The notes under the pieces were generated by a model. That model saw nothing but the letters and a program-made list of their open reading frames with translations, searched no databases and had not been told where the DNA came from. Positions 1-9,757 of a stretch of DNA of 55,684 nucleotides are shown here, one piece after another. This DNA comes from Candidatus Segetimicrobium genomatis. GTDB lineage: Bacteria > Sysuimicrobiota > Sysuimicrobiia > Sysuimicrobiales > Kaftiobacteriaceae. Made by a program: the position numbers and the translations under genes. The stretch is taken from assembly GCA_005882335.1 (NCBI GenBank), contig VBAP01000004.1, positions 1 through 55,684 of the forward strand, written 5' to 3'. The stretch's first letter is position 1. Every line of letters begins with the position of its first letter.

Positions 1-663
1 GATCAGGAGCGAAGCCACCGCCGCAGCGAGCCCCGCCACGACGGATCGTCTGCGCGTAAGCCACAACAGGACCGCCAGGACCAACAGGGTCGCGCCCAGC
101 AGGTGCACAATCGTCCGCACGGGCCAGACCGCGAGCAGGATGAACGACGCCAGAAGCGTGCCGGCGATGCTGCCCAGCGTGGACAGGGCGTAGAGTGCCC
201 CGGCGACGTTGCCGATGGTGGCCACGGCGTGCGCGCGCAGGCGGACCGCAAACGGCGACACCATGCCCATCACCGCGGCGGGCAGAAAGAACAGGACCGC
301 CGAGGCCGCGAACGGACCCGCCCGCGGCCCCAGGTCCGCAGCGGACAGCGAGGACAGCAGGCTCGGGGCCACCACGGGAATCGGGAATACCAGGGCCCCG
401 GCAAGGAAGATGACCCCCGCGAAGACGGCCGGCGCCGGCCAGCGGTCGGCGGCCCGACCGCCGGCGGCGTACCCCACCGCGAGCGCACCGAGGAACGCTC
501 CGATCAGACTCCCCCAGACATAGATAGAGTTGCCGAAGACCGGCGCAATGATGCGGCTGGCGATGATCTCCAGCGCCAGCAGGACAGCGCCGCTCACAAA
601 GACGGCAACTTCGAGAATAGGAGTCCCCTCGTGAGTCTTCCCGGTCTTCCCGGTCTTCCCGGT
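1..663 (-). CDS. Fused MFS-like/spermidine synthase family membrane protein, N-terminal part; runs off the window and start is uncertain
   Basis: Not in the ORF track. My minus-strand translation reads VAVFVSGAVLLALEIIASRIIAPVFGNSIYVWGSLIG...MGMVSPFAVRL...AGALYALSTLGSIAGTL, typical of this family. The frame is open from 663 to 1, with an in-frame TAG at 664-666; candidate start GTG at 597. Confidence 0.75.
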
Positions 664-757
664 CTACATACCTACTACCCTTGGGGATCGGTGCTCCAAC
701 ACGAATCTGTATTGGCTTGGAATGAGACAGGGGAGACTGGGTAGACCGGGGAGACTG
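635..757. repeat. Inverted tandem-repeat cassette, 9-mer GTCT family
   Basis: Left arm (GTCTTCCCG)x3+GTCTAC at 635-667; right arm GAGACAGGG GAGACTGGG TAGACCGGG GAGACTG at 724-757, abutting the clpB stop. Confidence 0.9.
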
Positions 758-3385
758 CTACTCTGACGTCACTCGAGCGGGTTCCTTCGCGATGATCTTG
801 ATCGCACCGCCGGCGTAGTCGACCGAGGCAACCTGCCCGGGGCGGAGGTCGGCGGCCAGCACCATCTTCGCCAGCCGGTTCTCGATCTCGCGCTGGATCA
901 GCCGCCGCAGCGGACGCGCGCCGAAATCGGGGCTGTAGCCCTCACGCGCCAGGTAGGCTTTCGCGGCGTCGCTCGTCACCAGACGAATCCTCTGCCCGTC
1001 CAGCCGCTGCTGGAGCTCGCGCAGCTGCAGCTCCACGATCGCCTTGATGTGCTCCTGCGAGAGCGGGTGGAAGACGATGATCTCGTCGATGCGGTTGAGG
1101 AACTCGGGCCGGAAGGCCTTGCGCACTTCATCCAGCACCTGCACCCGGGCCATCTCGAACTGCGCCGTGTTGCCGGGCTCCAGGCGCTGCAGGAACCGGC
1201 TCCCCAGGTTGCTGGTCATGATGATCACGGTATTCTTGAAATCGACCGCGCGGCCGTGGCCATCGGTCAGCCGGCCATCCTCAAGGATCTGCAGCAGAAT
1301 GTTGAACACGTCGCTGTGCGCCTTCTCGATCTCGTCAAACAGCACGACACGATACGGCCGCCGGCGCACCGCCTCCGTGAGTTGCCCGCCTTCCTCAAAT
1401 CCGACGTAGCCCGGCGGCGCCCCGATCAGGCGGCTGACGGTGTGCTTCTCCTGGTACTCCGACATGTCCAGGCGCACCATCGCCTCCTCGTCGTCAAACA
1501 AATGCCGCGCCAGCGCGCGGGCCAGCTCGGTCTTGCCCACGCCGGTCGGTCCCAGGAACAAGAATGAGCCGATGGGACGCCGCGGGTCTTTGAGGCCGGC
1601 GCGGGCGCGCCGGATCGCGTCGCTGACGGCCTGGACCGCATCCTCCTGGCCCACCACGCGCTCGTGCAGGCGAATCTCCATCTCCAGCAGCTTGCGCATC
1701 TCGCCTTCCAGCAGCCGGCTGACCGGGATGCCGGTCCACTTGCTGACTACCTCGGCGATATCTTCCGCATCCACCTCTTCCTTTAAGAGGCGCTGCCCCG
1801 AGGGCATCTGCCGCAGGGTGCTCTCCTGCGACGCCAGCTGGCGCTGCAGGTCGGGTAAGGTCCCGTAGCGCAGGCGCGCCGCCGTCTCCAGATCGGCCCG
1901 CCGCTCCGCGTCCTCGATCTGGTGGCGGATCTGTTCGATCTGCTCCTTGGTCAGCCGGATCGCCGCGATCCCCCGCTTCTCCTGCTCCCATTGCTGGCGC
2001 AGCCGGTTGCTGCCGTCTTTGAGCTTGGCAATCTCCTGTTCCAGCGTGGCCAGGCGATCGCGGCTCGCGGGGTCATCTTCCTTCTTCAGCGCTTCGCGCT
2101 CGATCTCCAGCTGCATGACCCGCCGGTCGATCTCATCGAGCTCGGTCGGCTTGCTGTCGATCTCCATGCGCAGCCGGCTGGCCGCCTCATCGATGAGATC
2201 GATCGCCTTGTCGGGGAGGAACCGGTCACTGATGTACCGGTCCGACAGCGTCGCCGCCGCGATGACGGCGGCATCGGTGATGCGCACGCCGTGGTGCACT
2301 TCGTAGCGCTCCTTCAACCCGCGCAGGATCGAGATCGTCTCCTCCACGGACGGCTCATCGACGTAGACGGGTTGGAACCGGCGCTCCAGCGCCGCGTCCT
2401 TCTCGATGTGCGCGCGGTACTCGTCCAGCGTGGTGGCCCCGATGGTGCGCAGTTCTCCACGCGCCAGCATTGGCTTGAGCATGTTCGCCGCATCGATCGC
2501 GCCCTCGGCGGCGCCCGCGCCCACCACGGTGTGCAGTTCGTCGATGAACAGGATGATCTCGCCGTCGCTCTCAGTGACCTCGCGCAGCACAGCCCGCAGG
2601 CGATCTTCAAACTCGCCGCGGTACTTCGTCCCGGCCACCAGCGCCCCCAGGTCCAGCTGGACCACGCGCTTGTGCTTGAGTCCTTCGGGGACGTCCCCGC
2701 GCATAATGCGCTGGGCCAAACCTTCCACGATGGCCGTCTTGCCGACGCCGGGGTCACCGATCAGGACCGGGTTGTTCTTGGTGCGGCGCGAGAGCACTTG
2801 CACGACGCGACGGATCTCATCGTCGCGGCCGATGACCGGATCGAGCTTGCCGGCGGCCGCCAGCCTGGTGAGATCGCGGCCGTAGCGCTCCAGCGCCTGG
2901 TATTTGCTTTCCGGATTGGCATCGGTGACCCGCTGCGAGCCTCGGACCTCCTGGATCGCCCGGTACAGGTGGTCCATCGTCACGCCGGCGCCGGCCAGCG
3001 TCTGCGCGGCCACCCCGTCGCCTCCGGCGGCGATCCCCAGCAACAGATGCTCCGTGCTCACGTACTCATCGTGTAGCCGCTGTGCCTCTGCCTGCGCGGT
3101 CTCCAGAGCCTGCCGCAGCCTGGGACTGATCATCAATCCCTCGGCCGGCTGCCCCTGGACCTTCGGCAGCCGATCCAGCTCCGCCCGCAACAGGCCCCGC
3201 AGCGCCGGCACATTAGCGCCGACCTTTGCCAGCACCTGGGGGACGATCCCGTCGGCCTGCTCGACCAGCGCGAGCAACAGATGCTCGCTGTCCATCTGCG
3301 CGTGCTGGGACGCGCGCACCGATTCCTGAGCTGACAAGATCGCCTCTTGTGCCTTCTCGGTGAATTTGTCGAACCGAATCGCCAT
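758..3385 (-). CDS. clpB: ATP-dependent chaperone ClpB
   Basis: 875 aa; N-domain repeats, two AAA+ modules ([12 protein letters not shown] and [11 protein letters not shown]) and a coiled-coil middle domain. Confidence 0.98.
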   Translation of the reverse strand: MAIRFDKFTEKAQEAILSAQESVRASQHAQMDSEHLLLALVEQADGIVPQVLAKVGANVPALRGLLRAELDRLPKVQGQPAEGLMISPRLRQALETAQAEAQRLHDEYVSTEHLLLGIAAGGDGVAAQTLAGAGVTMDHLYRAIQEVRGSQRVTDANPESKYQALERYGRDLTRLAAAGKLDPVIGRDDEIRRVVQVLSRRTKNNPVLIGDPGVGKTAIVEGLAQRIMRGDVPEGLKHKRVVQLDLGALVAGTKYRGEFEDRLRAVLREVTESDGEIILFIDELHTVVGAGAAEGAIDAANMLKPMLARGELRTIGATTLDEYRAHIEKDAALERRFQPVYVDEPSVEETISILRGLKERYEVHHGVRITDAAVIAAATLSDRYISDRFLPDKAIDLIDEAASRLRMEIDSKPTELDEIDRRVMQLEIEREALKKEDDPASRDRLATLEQEIAKLKDGSNRLRQQWEQEKRGIAAIRLTKEQIEQIRHQIEDAERRADLETAARLRYGTLPDLQRQLASQESTLRQMPSGQRLLKEEVDAEDIAEVVSKWTGIPVSRLLEGEMRKLLEMEIRLHERVVGQEDAVQAVSDAIRRARAGLKDPRRPIGSFLFLGPTGVGKTELARALARHLFDDEEAMVRLDMSEYQEKHTVSRLIGAPPGYVGFEEGGQLTEAVRRRPYRVVLFDEIEKAHSDVFNILLQILEDGRLTDGHGRAVDFKNTVIIMTSNLGSRFLQRLEPGNTAQFEMARVQVLDEVRKAFRPEFLNRIDEIIVFHPLSQEHIKAIVELQLRELQQRLDGQRIRLVTSDAAKAYLAREGYSPDFGARPLRRLIQREIENRLAKMVLAADLRPGQVASVDYAGGAIKIIAKEPARVTSE

Positions 3386-3409
3386 TTACTCCCTCAACAG
3401 CCGCTCAGA

Positions 3410-3497
3410 GTCTTCCCAGTCTACCCAGTCTCCTGCTACCCCTTGCGAACGTCGTTGACTGAGAAGACTGGGCGGACTGGGGAGACCGGGAAGACTG
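3410..3497. repeat. Inverted tandem-repeat cassette, 9-mer GTCT family
   Basis: Left GTCTTCCCA GTCTACCCA GTCTCCTGC; right AAGACTGGG CGGACTGGG GAGACCGGG AAGACTG, abutting the dnaJ stop. Confidence 0.9.
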
Positions 3498-4454
3498 TCA
3501 TTTGCATCCGAGATATGCCCGCGGGTTCTCCTTACGCAATTTCGCCAGTTCTTCGAACAGTTGCTTCTCTTTTGGGGTGGACTTCGCCGGCACCACGACC
3601 TTCACGCGCACCAGCTGATCCCCCCGGCGCCCACCGGATCGAGGCATCCCTTGCCCGCGGAGCCGGAACGTCTGCCCGCTCTGCGTGCCGGGGGGAATGG
3701 TCATCTCGACCTTGCCCTCCAGCGTCGGCACCTCGATCGTCGCGCCCAACGCGGCCTCCGAGGCCGTCACCGGCACTTCGATCACGACGTCGTCATCGCG
3801 CCGCTCGAAATGCGGGTGCGGCTCAACCTGTACGGTCAGGTAAAGGTCGTTCCCGTCCAGGGCACCGGGCAGCCGGATGCGCTGGCCGCTGCGCACGCCC
3901 TTTGGGATGGTCACGTCGAACCGCCGGGTGGTCCCGTTGAGTTGCACGGCGAACGACTTGCGTGCGCCAGCGAACGCCTCCTCCAGCGTCACCGCGATTG
4001 AGGATTCCGCCGGGGCGCGTCCGCCCTGCTCCCGCAGCAGGTCGTCCACTCCGGTCCCGCCCCGCCGCCGAGTGCCTCCGTACTCCTCCCCGAAGAACTG
4101 TTTGAAAAAATCACTAAAGCCGCCCAGGCCGCCAAGCAGATCTTCCAGGCCTTCTCCCCCGAACGTGACGGTCCATCCGCCGGGGGTCTGGGTTGCGCCA
4201 CGGCCGAAGATTTGTTGCCAGTCCATGCCGCCGTGCTGATAGGCTTCAAACATCTGGTCGTACCGCGCACGCCGGTCGGCATCGCCCAAGACCTGGTAGG
4301 CTTCGTTGATCTCCTTGAACTTCTCTTCCGCCCCGGCGGCCTTGTTGACGTCGGGATGGTACTGGCGCGCGAGTTGCCTGTAGGCCACGCTGATCGCCTT
4401 CTGATCCGCGTTGCGGTCGACGCCCAGGACTTTGTAGTAGTCTTTGAATTCCAT
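3498..4454 (-). CDS. dnaJ: DnaJ/CbpA-type co-chaperone without zinc finger
   Basis: MEFKDYYKVLGV J-domain with HPD, G/F-rich region and C-terminal domain; no CxxCxGxG repeats. Start re-picked at ATG 4454. Confidence 0.92.
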   Translation of the reverse strand: MEFKDYYKVLGVDRNADQKAISVAYRQLARQYHPDVNKAAGAEEKFKEINEAYQVLGDADRRARYDQMFEAYQHGGMDWQQIFGRGATQTPGGWTVTFGGEGLEDLLGGLGGFSDFFKQFFGEEYGGTRRRGGTGVDDLLREQGGRAPAESSIAVTLEEAFAGARKSFAVQLNGTTRRFDVTIPKGVRSGQRIRLPGALDGNDLYLTVQVEPHPHFERRDDDVVIEVPVTASEAALGATIEVPTLEGKVEMTIPPGTQSGQTFRLRGQGMPRSGGRRGDQLVRVKVVVPAKSTPKEKQLFEELAKLRKENPRAYLGCK

Positions 4455-4468
4455 GGGCTCGGACCTAC

Positions 4469-4555
4469 GGGACCAGGCGACCATGGGACCAGGCGACCCG
4501 CGAACATAAAGCGCGATGCAGGCTTGGTCCCTGGGTTCCTTGGTCCCTTGGTAGC
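4469..4555. repeat. Inverted tandem-repeat cassette, 8-mer GGGACCAN family
   Basis: Left GGGACCAG GCGACCAT GGGACCAG GCGACCCG; right TTGGTCCC TGGGTTCC TTGGTCCC TTGGTAGC, next to the grpE stop. Confidence 0.88.
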
Positions 4556-4559
4556 CGGC

Positions 4560-5108
4560 TCACTTCGCCACTCTCACTTTGGCGTGCCGAAGCACTTCCC
4601 CGTTTACGAAATACCCGCGCTGGAGTTCCCCTACGATCGTCCCCGGCGGGACGCCAGATTCTTGATGCGCGATGACATCGACGGCCTCGTGGTACCGTGG
4701 ATCGAACATCTGGCCCAGCGTCTCCATAGGCGTCACGCCCATCTTGGCCAGCACCTCCAGGGCGTGCCGGTGCGTCATGCGGATCCCGGCCACGATCTTC
4801 TCATCATCCCCGCCGGCATGCTCCAGCGCCCGCTCCAGGTTATCGACCACGGTCAGGACGGCCGCCAGCACCGCATATCGCGCCCGCTGCACAGCGTCCT
4901 CGCGCTGCCGCGACGCCTGCTTCTTGTAGTTTTCCAGATCGGCGGCCGCGTGCAGGAACTGCTGCCAGTTGTGCTCGGCTTCCTCTTTGTAGCGCACCAC
5001 CGCAGCGCGCAGTTCGGCCAGCTCCTCCTGCGGCGTCCCGGCCTGGCTCTGCGCGTCAGGGCTCTCTCCGCCTGCCGCTGGCACTTTGTCTTGACGCTCT
5101 TCCATCAC
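4560..5108 (-). CDS. grpE: Nucleotide exchange factor GrpE
   Basis: [26 protein letters not shown] and QRGY...VLRHAKV motifs; overlaps the dnaK stop. Confidence 0.96.
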   Translation of the reverse strand: MMEERQDKVPAAGGESPDAQSQAGTPQEELAELRAAVVRYKEEAEHNWQQFLHAAADLENYKKQASRQREDAVQRARYAVLAAVLTVVDNLERALEHAGGDDEKIVAGIRMTHRHALEVLAKMGVTPMETLGQMFDPRYHEAVDVIAHQESGVPPGTIVGELQRGYFVNGEVLRHAKVRVAK

Positions 5109-7006
5109 GGCTTCTCGTCGGTGCGTTTGTAATCGGCGTCGATGACCTCGTCGCCGGGCTTCGTCGCACCGCCCGCACCATCGGCTGCCTTGCCGCCAGC
5201 GCCCGCCTTCGCGTACATCGCCTCGGCAAGCTTGAAGCTGGCTTGCTGCAGCTCGTCGGCGGCGCGGTTGATCTTGCCCACGTCCTCGCCGGTCAGGGCG
5301 TCCTTCAACTCCCGCAGCTTCGTCTCCACTTTCTGCCGCTCGTCGGCGGAAATCTTTTCACCGACCTCGCGCAGCATCCGCTCGGTCTGGTAGACGAGCG
5401 AATCCCCCCGGTTCCGTGTGTCGGCCACTTCGCGCCGGTGCTTGTCCTCCTCAGCGTAGCGCTCCGCCTCCTTCACCATCTTCTCGACCTCATTTTTGGC
5501 GAGCGTCGACGTGCCGGTGATCTTAATGGACTGCTCCCGGCCCGTGGCGGTGTCTTTCGCCTTGACGTCGAGGATGCCGTTGGCGTCGATGTCGAACGTC
5601 ACTTCGATCTTTGGCACGCCGCGCGGCGCGGGTGGAATGCCGTCGAGAATGAAACGCCCCAGCGTGCGGTTGTCGCGCGCCATCTGCCGTTCGCCCTGCA
5701 GGACGTGGATCTCCACCTGGGTCTGGCCGTCGGCCGCGGTGGTGAAGATCTCGCTCTTCCGCGTGGGGATCGTGGTATTGCGGGGAATGAGAGGCGTCAT
5801 GACGCCGCCCAACGTCTCCACGCCCAGCGACAGGGGCGTGACGTCGAGCAGCACCACCTCCCGGACGGTGCCCGACAGCACACCGGCCTGGATCGCCGCG
5901 CCCACCGCCACCACCTCGTCGGGATGCACTTCTTTGTTCGGCTCTTTACCGGACAGGCGGCGGACGAGTTCCTGGATCATCGGCATGCGTGTGGCGCCGC
6001 CGACGAGAATGACTTCATCCAGATCCTTCTCGGTCATCTTGGCGTCAGCCAGCGCCTGCTTGAACGGACCGATGCAGCGCTCCACCAGATTCGCCGTCAT
6101 CTCCTCAAACTTCGCCCGGGTCAGCACGTAGTCGAGGTGTTTGGGGCCGGTGGCATCGGCGGTGATGAAGGGGAGGTTGATCGTGGTCTGCGCCACGGTG
6201 GACAGCTCCACCTTGGCACGCTCCGACGCCTCGCGCAGCCGCTGCAGCGCCTGCCGGTCCTGCCGCAGATCGATGCCATGCTCGCGCTTGAACTGGTCAG
6301 CCAGCCAGTTCACGATACGCTCGTCCCAGTCATCGCCGCCCAGGTGGGTATCGCCGTTGGTGGCCTTCACCTCAAAGACGCCCTCGCCGATCTCAAGGAT
6401 GGAGACATCGAAGGTGCCGCCGCCAAGGTCGAAGACCAAAATCGTCTCCGGCTTTTTCTTGTCCAGCCCGTACGCCAGGCAGGACGCCGTGGGCTCGTTG
6501 ATAATACGCAGCACCTTCAACCCGGCGATCTCACCGGCGTTCTTGGTGGCCGTGCGCTGGGCGTCGTTGAAGTATGCAGGCACAGTAATGACGGCCTCGC
6601 TCACCGGCTCCCCCAGATAGGCCTCGGCGTCCGCCTTCATTTTTTGCAGGATCATCGCAGAGAGCTCTTCAGGGGTGAACGTTTTCCCGGCCGCCGGCAG
6701 GCGCACCACGGCCATCCCGTTGCCGCCCTCCTCCACCTTGTAGGGGACCATCTTGCGCTCGGTCTCGACTTCGGAGTACCGCCGCCCCATGAATCGTTTG
6801 ATGGAGTAAACGGTATTCTCCGGGTTGAGGATGGCCTGCCGTTTGGCCATCTGCCCCACGAGGCGTTCCCCAGTCTTGGCGAAGGCCACCACGGAGGGCG
6901 TCAGGCGGCTGCCCTCCGCGTTGGGGATCACCTGCGGCTCACCACCGATGACGACGGCGATGACCGAGTTGGTCGTACCCAGATCGATGCCGACGACCTT
7001 ACCCAT
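5105..7006 (-). CDS. dnaK: Chaperone DnaK (Hsp70)
   Basis: [18 protein letters not shown] and VGGATRMP Hsp70 signatures; 633 aa. Confidence 0.99.
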   Translation of the reverse strand: MGKVVGIDLGTTNSVIAVVIGGEPQVIPNAEGSRLTPSVVAFAKTGERLVGQMAKRQAILNPENTVYSIKRFMGRRYSEVETERKMVPYKVEEGGNGMAVVRLPAAGKTFTPEELSAMILQKMKADAEAYLGEPVSEAVITVPAYFNDAQRTATKNAGEIAGLKVLRIINEPTASCLAYGLDKKKPETILVFDLGGGTFDVSILEIGEGVFEVKATNGDTHLGGDDWDERIVNWLADQFKREHGIDLRQDRQALQRLREASERAKVELSTVAQTTINLPFITADATGPKHLDYVLTRAKFEEMTANLVERCIGPFKQALADAKMTEKDLDEVILVGGATRMPMIQELVRRLSGKEPNKEVHPDEVVAVGAAIQAGVLSGTVREVVLLDVTPLSLGVETLGGVMTPLIPRNTTIPTRKSEIFTTAADGQTQVEIHVLQGERQMARDNRTLGRFILDGIPPAPRGVPKIEVTFDIDANGILDVKAKDTATGREQSIKITGTSTLAKNEVEKMVKEAERYAEEDKHRREVADTRNRGDSLVYQTERMLREVGEKISADERQKVETKLRELKDALTGEDVGKINRAADELQQASFKLAEAMYAKAGAGGKAADGAGGATKPGDEVIDADYKRTDEKP

Positions 7007-7064
7007 TTTCGAGTGACTCCTCTCTGTCCTGATTCGTGCTCTACTTGCTGCCCCTGTGCCTAAC

Positions 7065-7144
7065 GCAGTCGAGCAGTCGCGCGGTCAGGCGGTCACGAAA
7101 ACGTGCATGTCCGCGACTGCCCGACGGCGCGACAGCCCGACTGC
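7065..7144. repeat. Inverted tandem-repeat cassette, 8-mer GCAGTCGN family
   Basis: Left GCAGTCGA GCAGTCGC GCGGTCAG GCGGTCAC; right GCGACTGC CCGACGGC GCGACAGC CCGACTGC, 2 nt from the hsp20 stop. Confidence 0.88.
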
Positions 7145-7146
7145 GG

Positions 7147-7590
7147 TTACTTGCCTACCTCAACCTTGACGCTCTTCGGCTTCGCCCGCTCACCCTTGGG
7201 CACCCGGATCTCCAGGATCCCGTTCTTATAGGACGCCTTGGCCTGATCGCCCTTGACCTCGCCGGGCAGGGGCAACGTGCGGATGAAGGAGCCGTAGCGC
7301 AGCTCGCGCCGGACATAGTTGCGGCCCCTCTCCTCACGCTCCGTCTTGGCCTCGCCCTTGAGCGTGAGTGTATCGTCTGTCACGGTAATGTCGACGTTCT
7401 TGGGATCGATGCCGGGCAGCTCCGCGCGGATGACGACGTCGCTGTCGGTCTCAAACAGCTCGACCGCCGGCTGCCATGCCGTCAGCGCCTGCCCACGAGA
7501 GCGGCGGGTGAAGACGTCCTCAAACAGTTTGTCCATCGACTCGCGCAGGGACGCGAGGTCGTCAAATGGATCCCATCGGATCATGCTCAT
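7147..7590 (-). CDS. Hsp20/alpha-crystallin small heat shock protein
   Basis: WDPF...AELPG...RRELRYGSFIRTLPLP...ASYKNGILEIRVPK; RBS GAAGGAGG before ATG 7590. Confidence 0.95.
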   Translation of the reverse strand: MSMIRWDPFDDLASLRESMDKLFEDVFTRRSRGQALTAWQPAVELFETDSDVVIRAELPGIDPKNVDITVTDDTLTLKGEAKTEREERGRNYVRRELRYGSFIRTLPLPGEVKGDQAKASYKNGILEIRVPKGERAKPKSVKVEVGK

Positions 7591-7904
7591 GGCACTCGCC
7601 TCCTTCGCACTGTGCGTTCCACGACCCACGACACCACGTCTTTGGATCCCCGCAACTCCATCCGCTCATGAATCTCCATCAGCACCCTGACTCCTGCCAG
7701 ATTCAGCCCCATCTCCTGGGTCAGGTGGCGGATGCTCCGCACCCGCTCCAGGTCGCGCTCCGAGTACAGCCGCTGGTGGTTGCGCCGCGCCGGCTGCACC
7801 AACCCCTTCTCCTCGTAGATGCGCAGCGTCCGGGGATGCAGGCCGAGCAGGTCTGCGGCCACGCTGATCACATACACTGGCAGATCATCTCGGCGACTTC
7901 TCAC
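7587..7904 (-). CDS. hspR: MerR-family heat-shock repressor, HspR-like
   Basis: PVYVISVAADLLGLHPRTLRIYE...RLYSERDLERV...GLNLAGV matches HspR; GTG 7904 with GGAGG RBS; ATGA overlap with hsp20. Confidence 0.85.
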   Translation of the reverse strand: MRSRRDDLPVYVISVAADLLGLHPRTLRIYEEKGLVQPARRNHQRLYSERDLERVRSIRHLTQEMGLNLAGVRVLMEIHERMELRGSKDVVSWVVERTVRRRRVP

Positions 7905-7923
7905 CCGGCCACCTCCAAGGCGA

Positions 7924-7952
7924 AGCGTACTAAGCGGAACATGCGTTGTCAA
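7924..7952 (-). promoter_or_regulatory. Sigma70-type promoter of the hspR-dnaK operon
   Basis: TTGACA (7952-7947), 17-nt spacer, TACGCT (7929-7924). Confidence 0.75.
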
Positions 7953-7965
7953 GTATCTTGACAAC
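7945..7965. promoter_or_regulatory. Perfect inverted repeat over the -35 box; candidate repressor operator
   Basis: GTTGTCAAG-TAT-CTTGACAAC. Confidence 0.55.
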
Positions 7966-8058
7966 ACTATTGTCATGTAGCAGGTGGCCCGCCGATGGCG
8001 CGGAACATCCGAGAGCGGGGCGCGCGCCGCCCAGCGCTTCAACCAACATGTGCGACTC

Positions 8059-8162
8059 TAACCCCCTCACCCTTCGTCCCTTTCCTATACTGAGAGGGTA
8101 AGTATGGCATTGCGCGTAACCCCCTCACCCTTTATCCCTCTCCCTTTCGGGGCGAGGGGAAC
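8059..8162 (+). repeat. Two REP-like CCCCTCACCC...GAGGG units in tandem
   Basis: TAACCCCCTCACCCTT is identical at 8059-8074 and 8117-8132, each followed by a CCCT(C/T)TCC...GAGGG hairpin. Resembles a widespread REP-like palindrome family as I recall it. Confidence 0.7.
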
Positions 8163-8237
8163 GTGGTGGGGCGCCACCGCGCCCTCTCCAGGCGGAATAG
8201 CCCGCCGCCGCGGCGCGTTTCTGCCTGGATGACTCTT

Positions 8238-9158
8238 ATGCGCGACGTCATTGTCTTGGGTTCTGGGCCGGCCGGGCTCACGGCCGCCATCTACGCGACC
8301 CGGGCCGGGCTGCGCCCACTGGTCTTTGAGGGCGCAGAGGCCGGCGGCCAGCTGATGCTCACCACGGAAGTGGAAAACTATCCGGGGTTCGCCGACCCGA
8401 TCTTGGGTCCCGACCTCATGGCCGCCATGCGCAAGCAGGCGGAGCGCGTCGGCAGCGAGCTCCTCAGCGAAGATGCCGTCGAGGCGGACCTCCGGCACCG
8501 GCCATTCCGCATCACCAGCCAGAGCGGGGAGACGTACGAGACCAAAGCGCTGATCATCGCCACCGGCGCCAGAGCCAAACTGTTGGGCCTGCCGGGCGAA
8601 CAACGGCTGATGGGACGGGGGGTGAGCACGTGCGCCACGTGCGACGGTTTCTTCTTCCGCGAGCGCTCCGTGATCGTGGTCGGAGGCGGCGACACGGCGA
8701 TGGAAGAGGCGCTGTACTTGTCCAAGCTTGCCAAATCGGTGACGATCGTGCACCGCCGGGATCAGCTGCGGGCCAGCAAGATCCTGCAGCAGCGCGCCAT
8801 GAGCAATCCCAAGATCAACTTCGTCTGGAACCATGTCGTCGCGGATATCGTGGGGGATGGGAAGGTCAGCGGCGTCAAGTTGAAGGACCTGCGGACCGAT
8901 CGCATCGCGGAACGGCCCGTCGACGGGGTGTTCGTCGCCATCGGCCACAAGCCCAACACCGACCTGTTCCGCGGCCAGTTAGAGATGGACGAGAACGGGT
9001 ACATTACCCGGACACACCGCTCCTCGACCAGCGTGGAGGGCGTGTTCGCGGCCGGCGATGTCCACGACCACACCTACCGGCAGGCCGTCACCGCGGCCGG
9101 GTACGGGTGCGAAGCCGCGATCGACGCGGAACGGTGGCTGCAGCACCAGGGAAACTAA
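8238..9158 (+). CDS. trxB: Thioredoxin-disulfide reductase
   Basis: GSGPAG FAD motif, CATCDG, GGGDTA and GVFAAGDV. Confidence 0.97.
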   Translation: MRDVIVLGSGPAGLTAAIYATRAGLRPLVFEGAEAGGQLMLTTEVENYPGFADPILGPDLMAAMRKQAERVGSELLSEDAVEADLRHRPFRITSQSGETYETKALIIATGARAKLLGLPGEQRLMGRGVSTCATCDGFFFRERSVIVVGGGDTAMEEALYLSKLAKSVTIVHRRDQLRASKILQQRAMSNPKINFVWNHVVADIVGDGKVSGVKLKDLRTDRIAERPVDGVFVAIGHKPNTDLFRGQLEMDENGYITRTHRSSTSVEGVFAAGDVHDHTYRQAVTAAGYGCEAAIDAERWLQHQGN

Positions 9159-9262
9159 CGGAAACGGGAAGCGGGAAACAGGAATCCATAGACGGGCAAC
9201 ATCACAAACGAAACGGGGGGCTTTTGCAGCTCCCCGTTTCCTGTTTCCCGTTTCCGTCAGTT
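9159..9262. repeat. Inverted tandem-repeat cassette, 7-mer CGGGAAA family, with inner hairpin; likely bidirectional terminator
   Basis: Left CGGAAA CGGGAAG CGGGAAA CAGGAAT; right CGTTTCC TGTTTCC CGTTTCC; inner stem GAAACGGGGGGC/GCTCCCCGTTTC; lies between convergent trxB and trxA. Confidence 0.85.
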
Positions 9263-9267
9263 CGTTC

Positions 9268-9602
9268 TCAGCTGACCTTCGCCGTCGCCAGGATCTTCTC
9301 TTCTTTAGCTCCGGCTTTGGCATATAGCCCACCAGGCGGTCGACCATCTCGCCGCCTTTGAAGATGCCCAGCGTTGGAATGCTCATGACTCCAAAGCGGT
9401 TGGCCACGCCCGGGTTTTCATCGACGTCGACCTTCACGACCTTGACCTTTCCATCGTACTCGGCGGCCAGGTCCTCGACGATCGGCGCGATCATCCGGCA
9501 CGGCCCGCACCACTCTGCCCAGAAATCGACCAGCACAGGCTGCTCAGCTTTGAGCACCTGAGTGTCGAATTCCTTCTCACTGACATGGAGCGCCTTGCCC
9601 AT
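9268..9602 (-). CDS. trxA: Thioredoxin, with an apparent 1-nt indel near the C-terminus
   Basis: DFWAEWCGPC and SIPTL. The frame shifts at about 9296-9304; the other frame gives KILATAKVS and a stop at 9270-9268. Confidence 0.9.
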
Positions 9603-9757
9603 ACCATGACCTCCTCACGGCATTTCCAGCATTCACCGGAACGCTCCCCTGGCAGAGAGTATTCCATCGGGATTATACCTCGCCGGGCGTGAGCCAGACA
9701 GCGCGCATCATACCGGACACGAGGGAGGAGCGGACGTCCCGGGGAACTGTTCTCCTC

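Noticed and set aside
103-744. 213-aa plus-strand ORF
   Set aside because: Antisense shadow of the minus-strand MFS/spermidine synthase-like frame; no motifs.
5243-7063. Long antisense ORFs such as 5243-7063, 1922-3076, 14273-15940, 16075-17445, 22354-23886 and 42033-43304
   Set aside because: They mirror conserved genes on the other strand, as expected from high-GC codon bias.
7007-8058. Canonical HAIR or CIRCE operators
   Set aside because: Neither CTTGAGT-N7-ACTCAAG nor TTAGCACTC-N9-GAGTGCTAA was found by eye.
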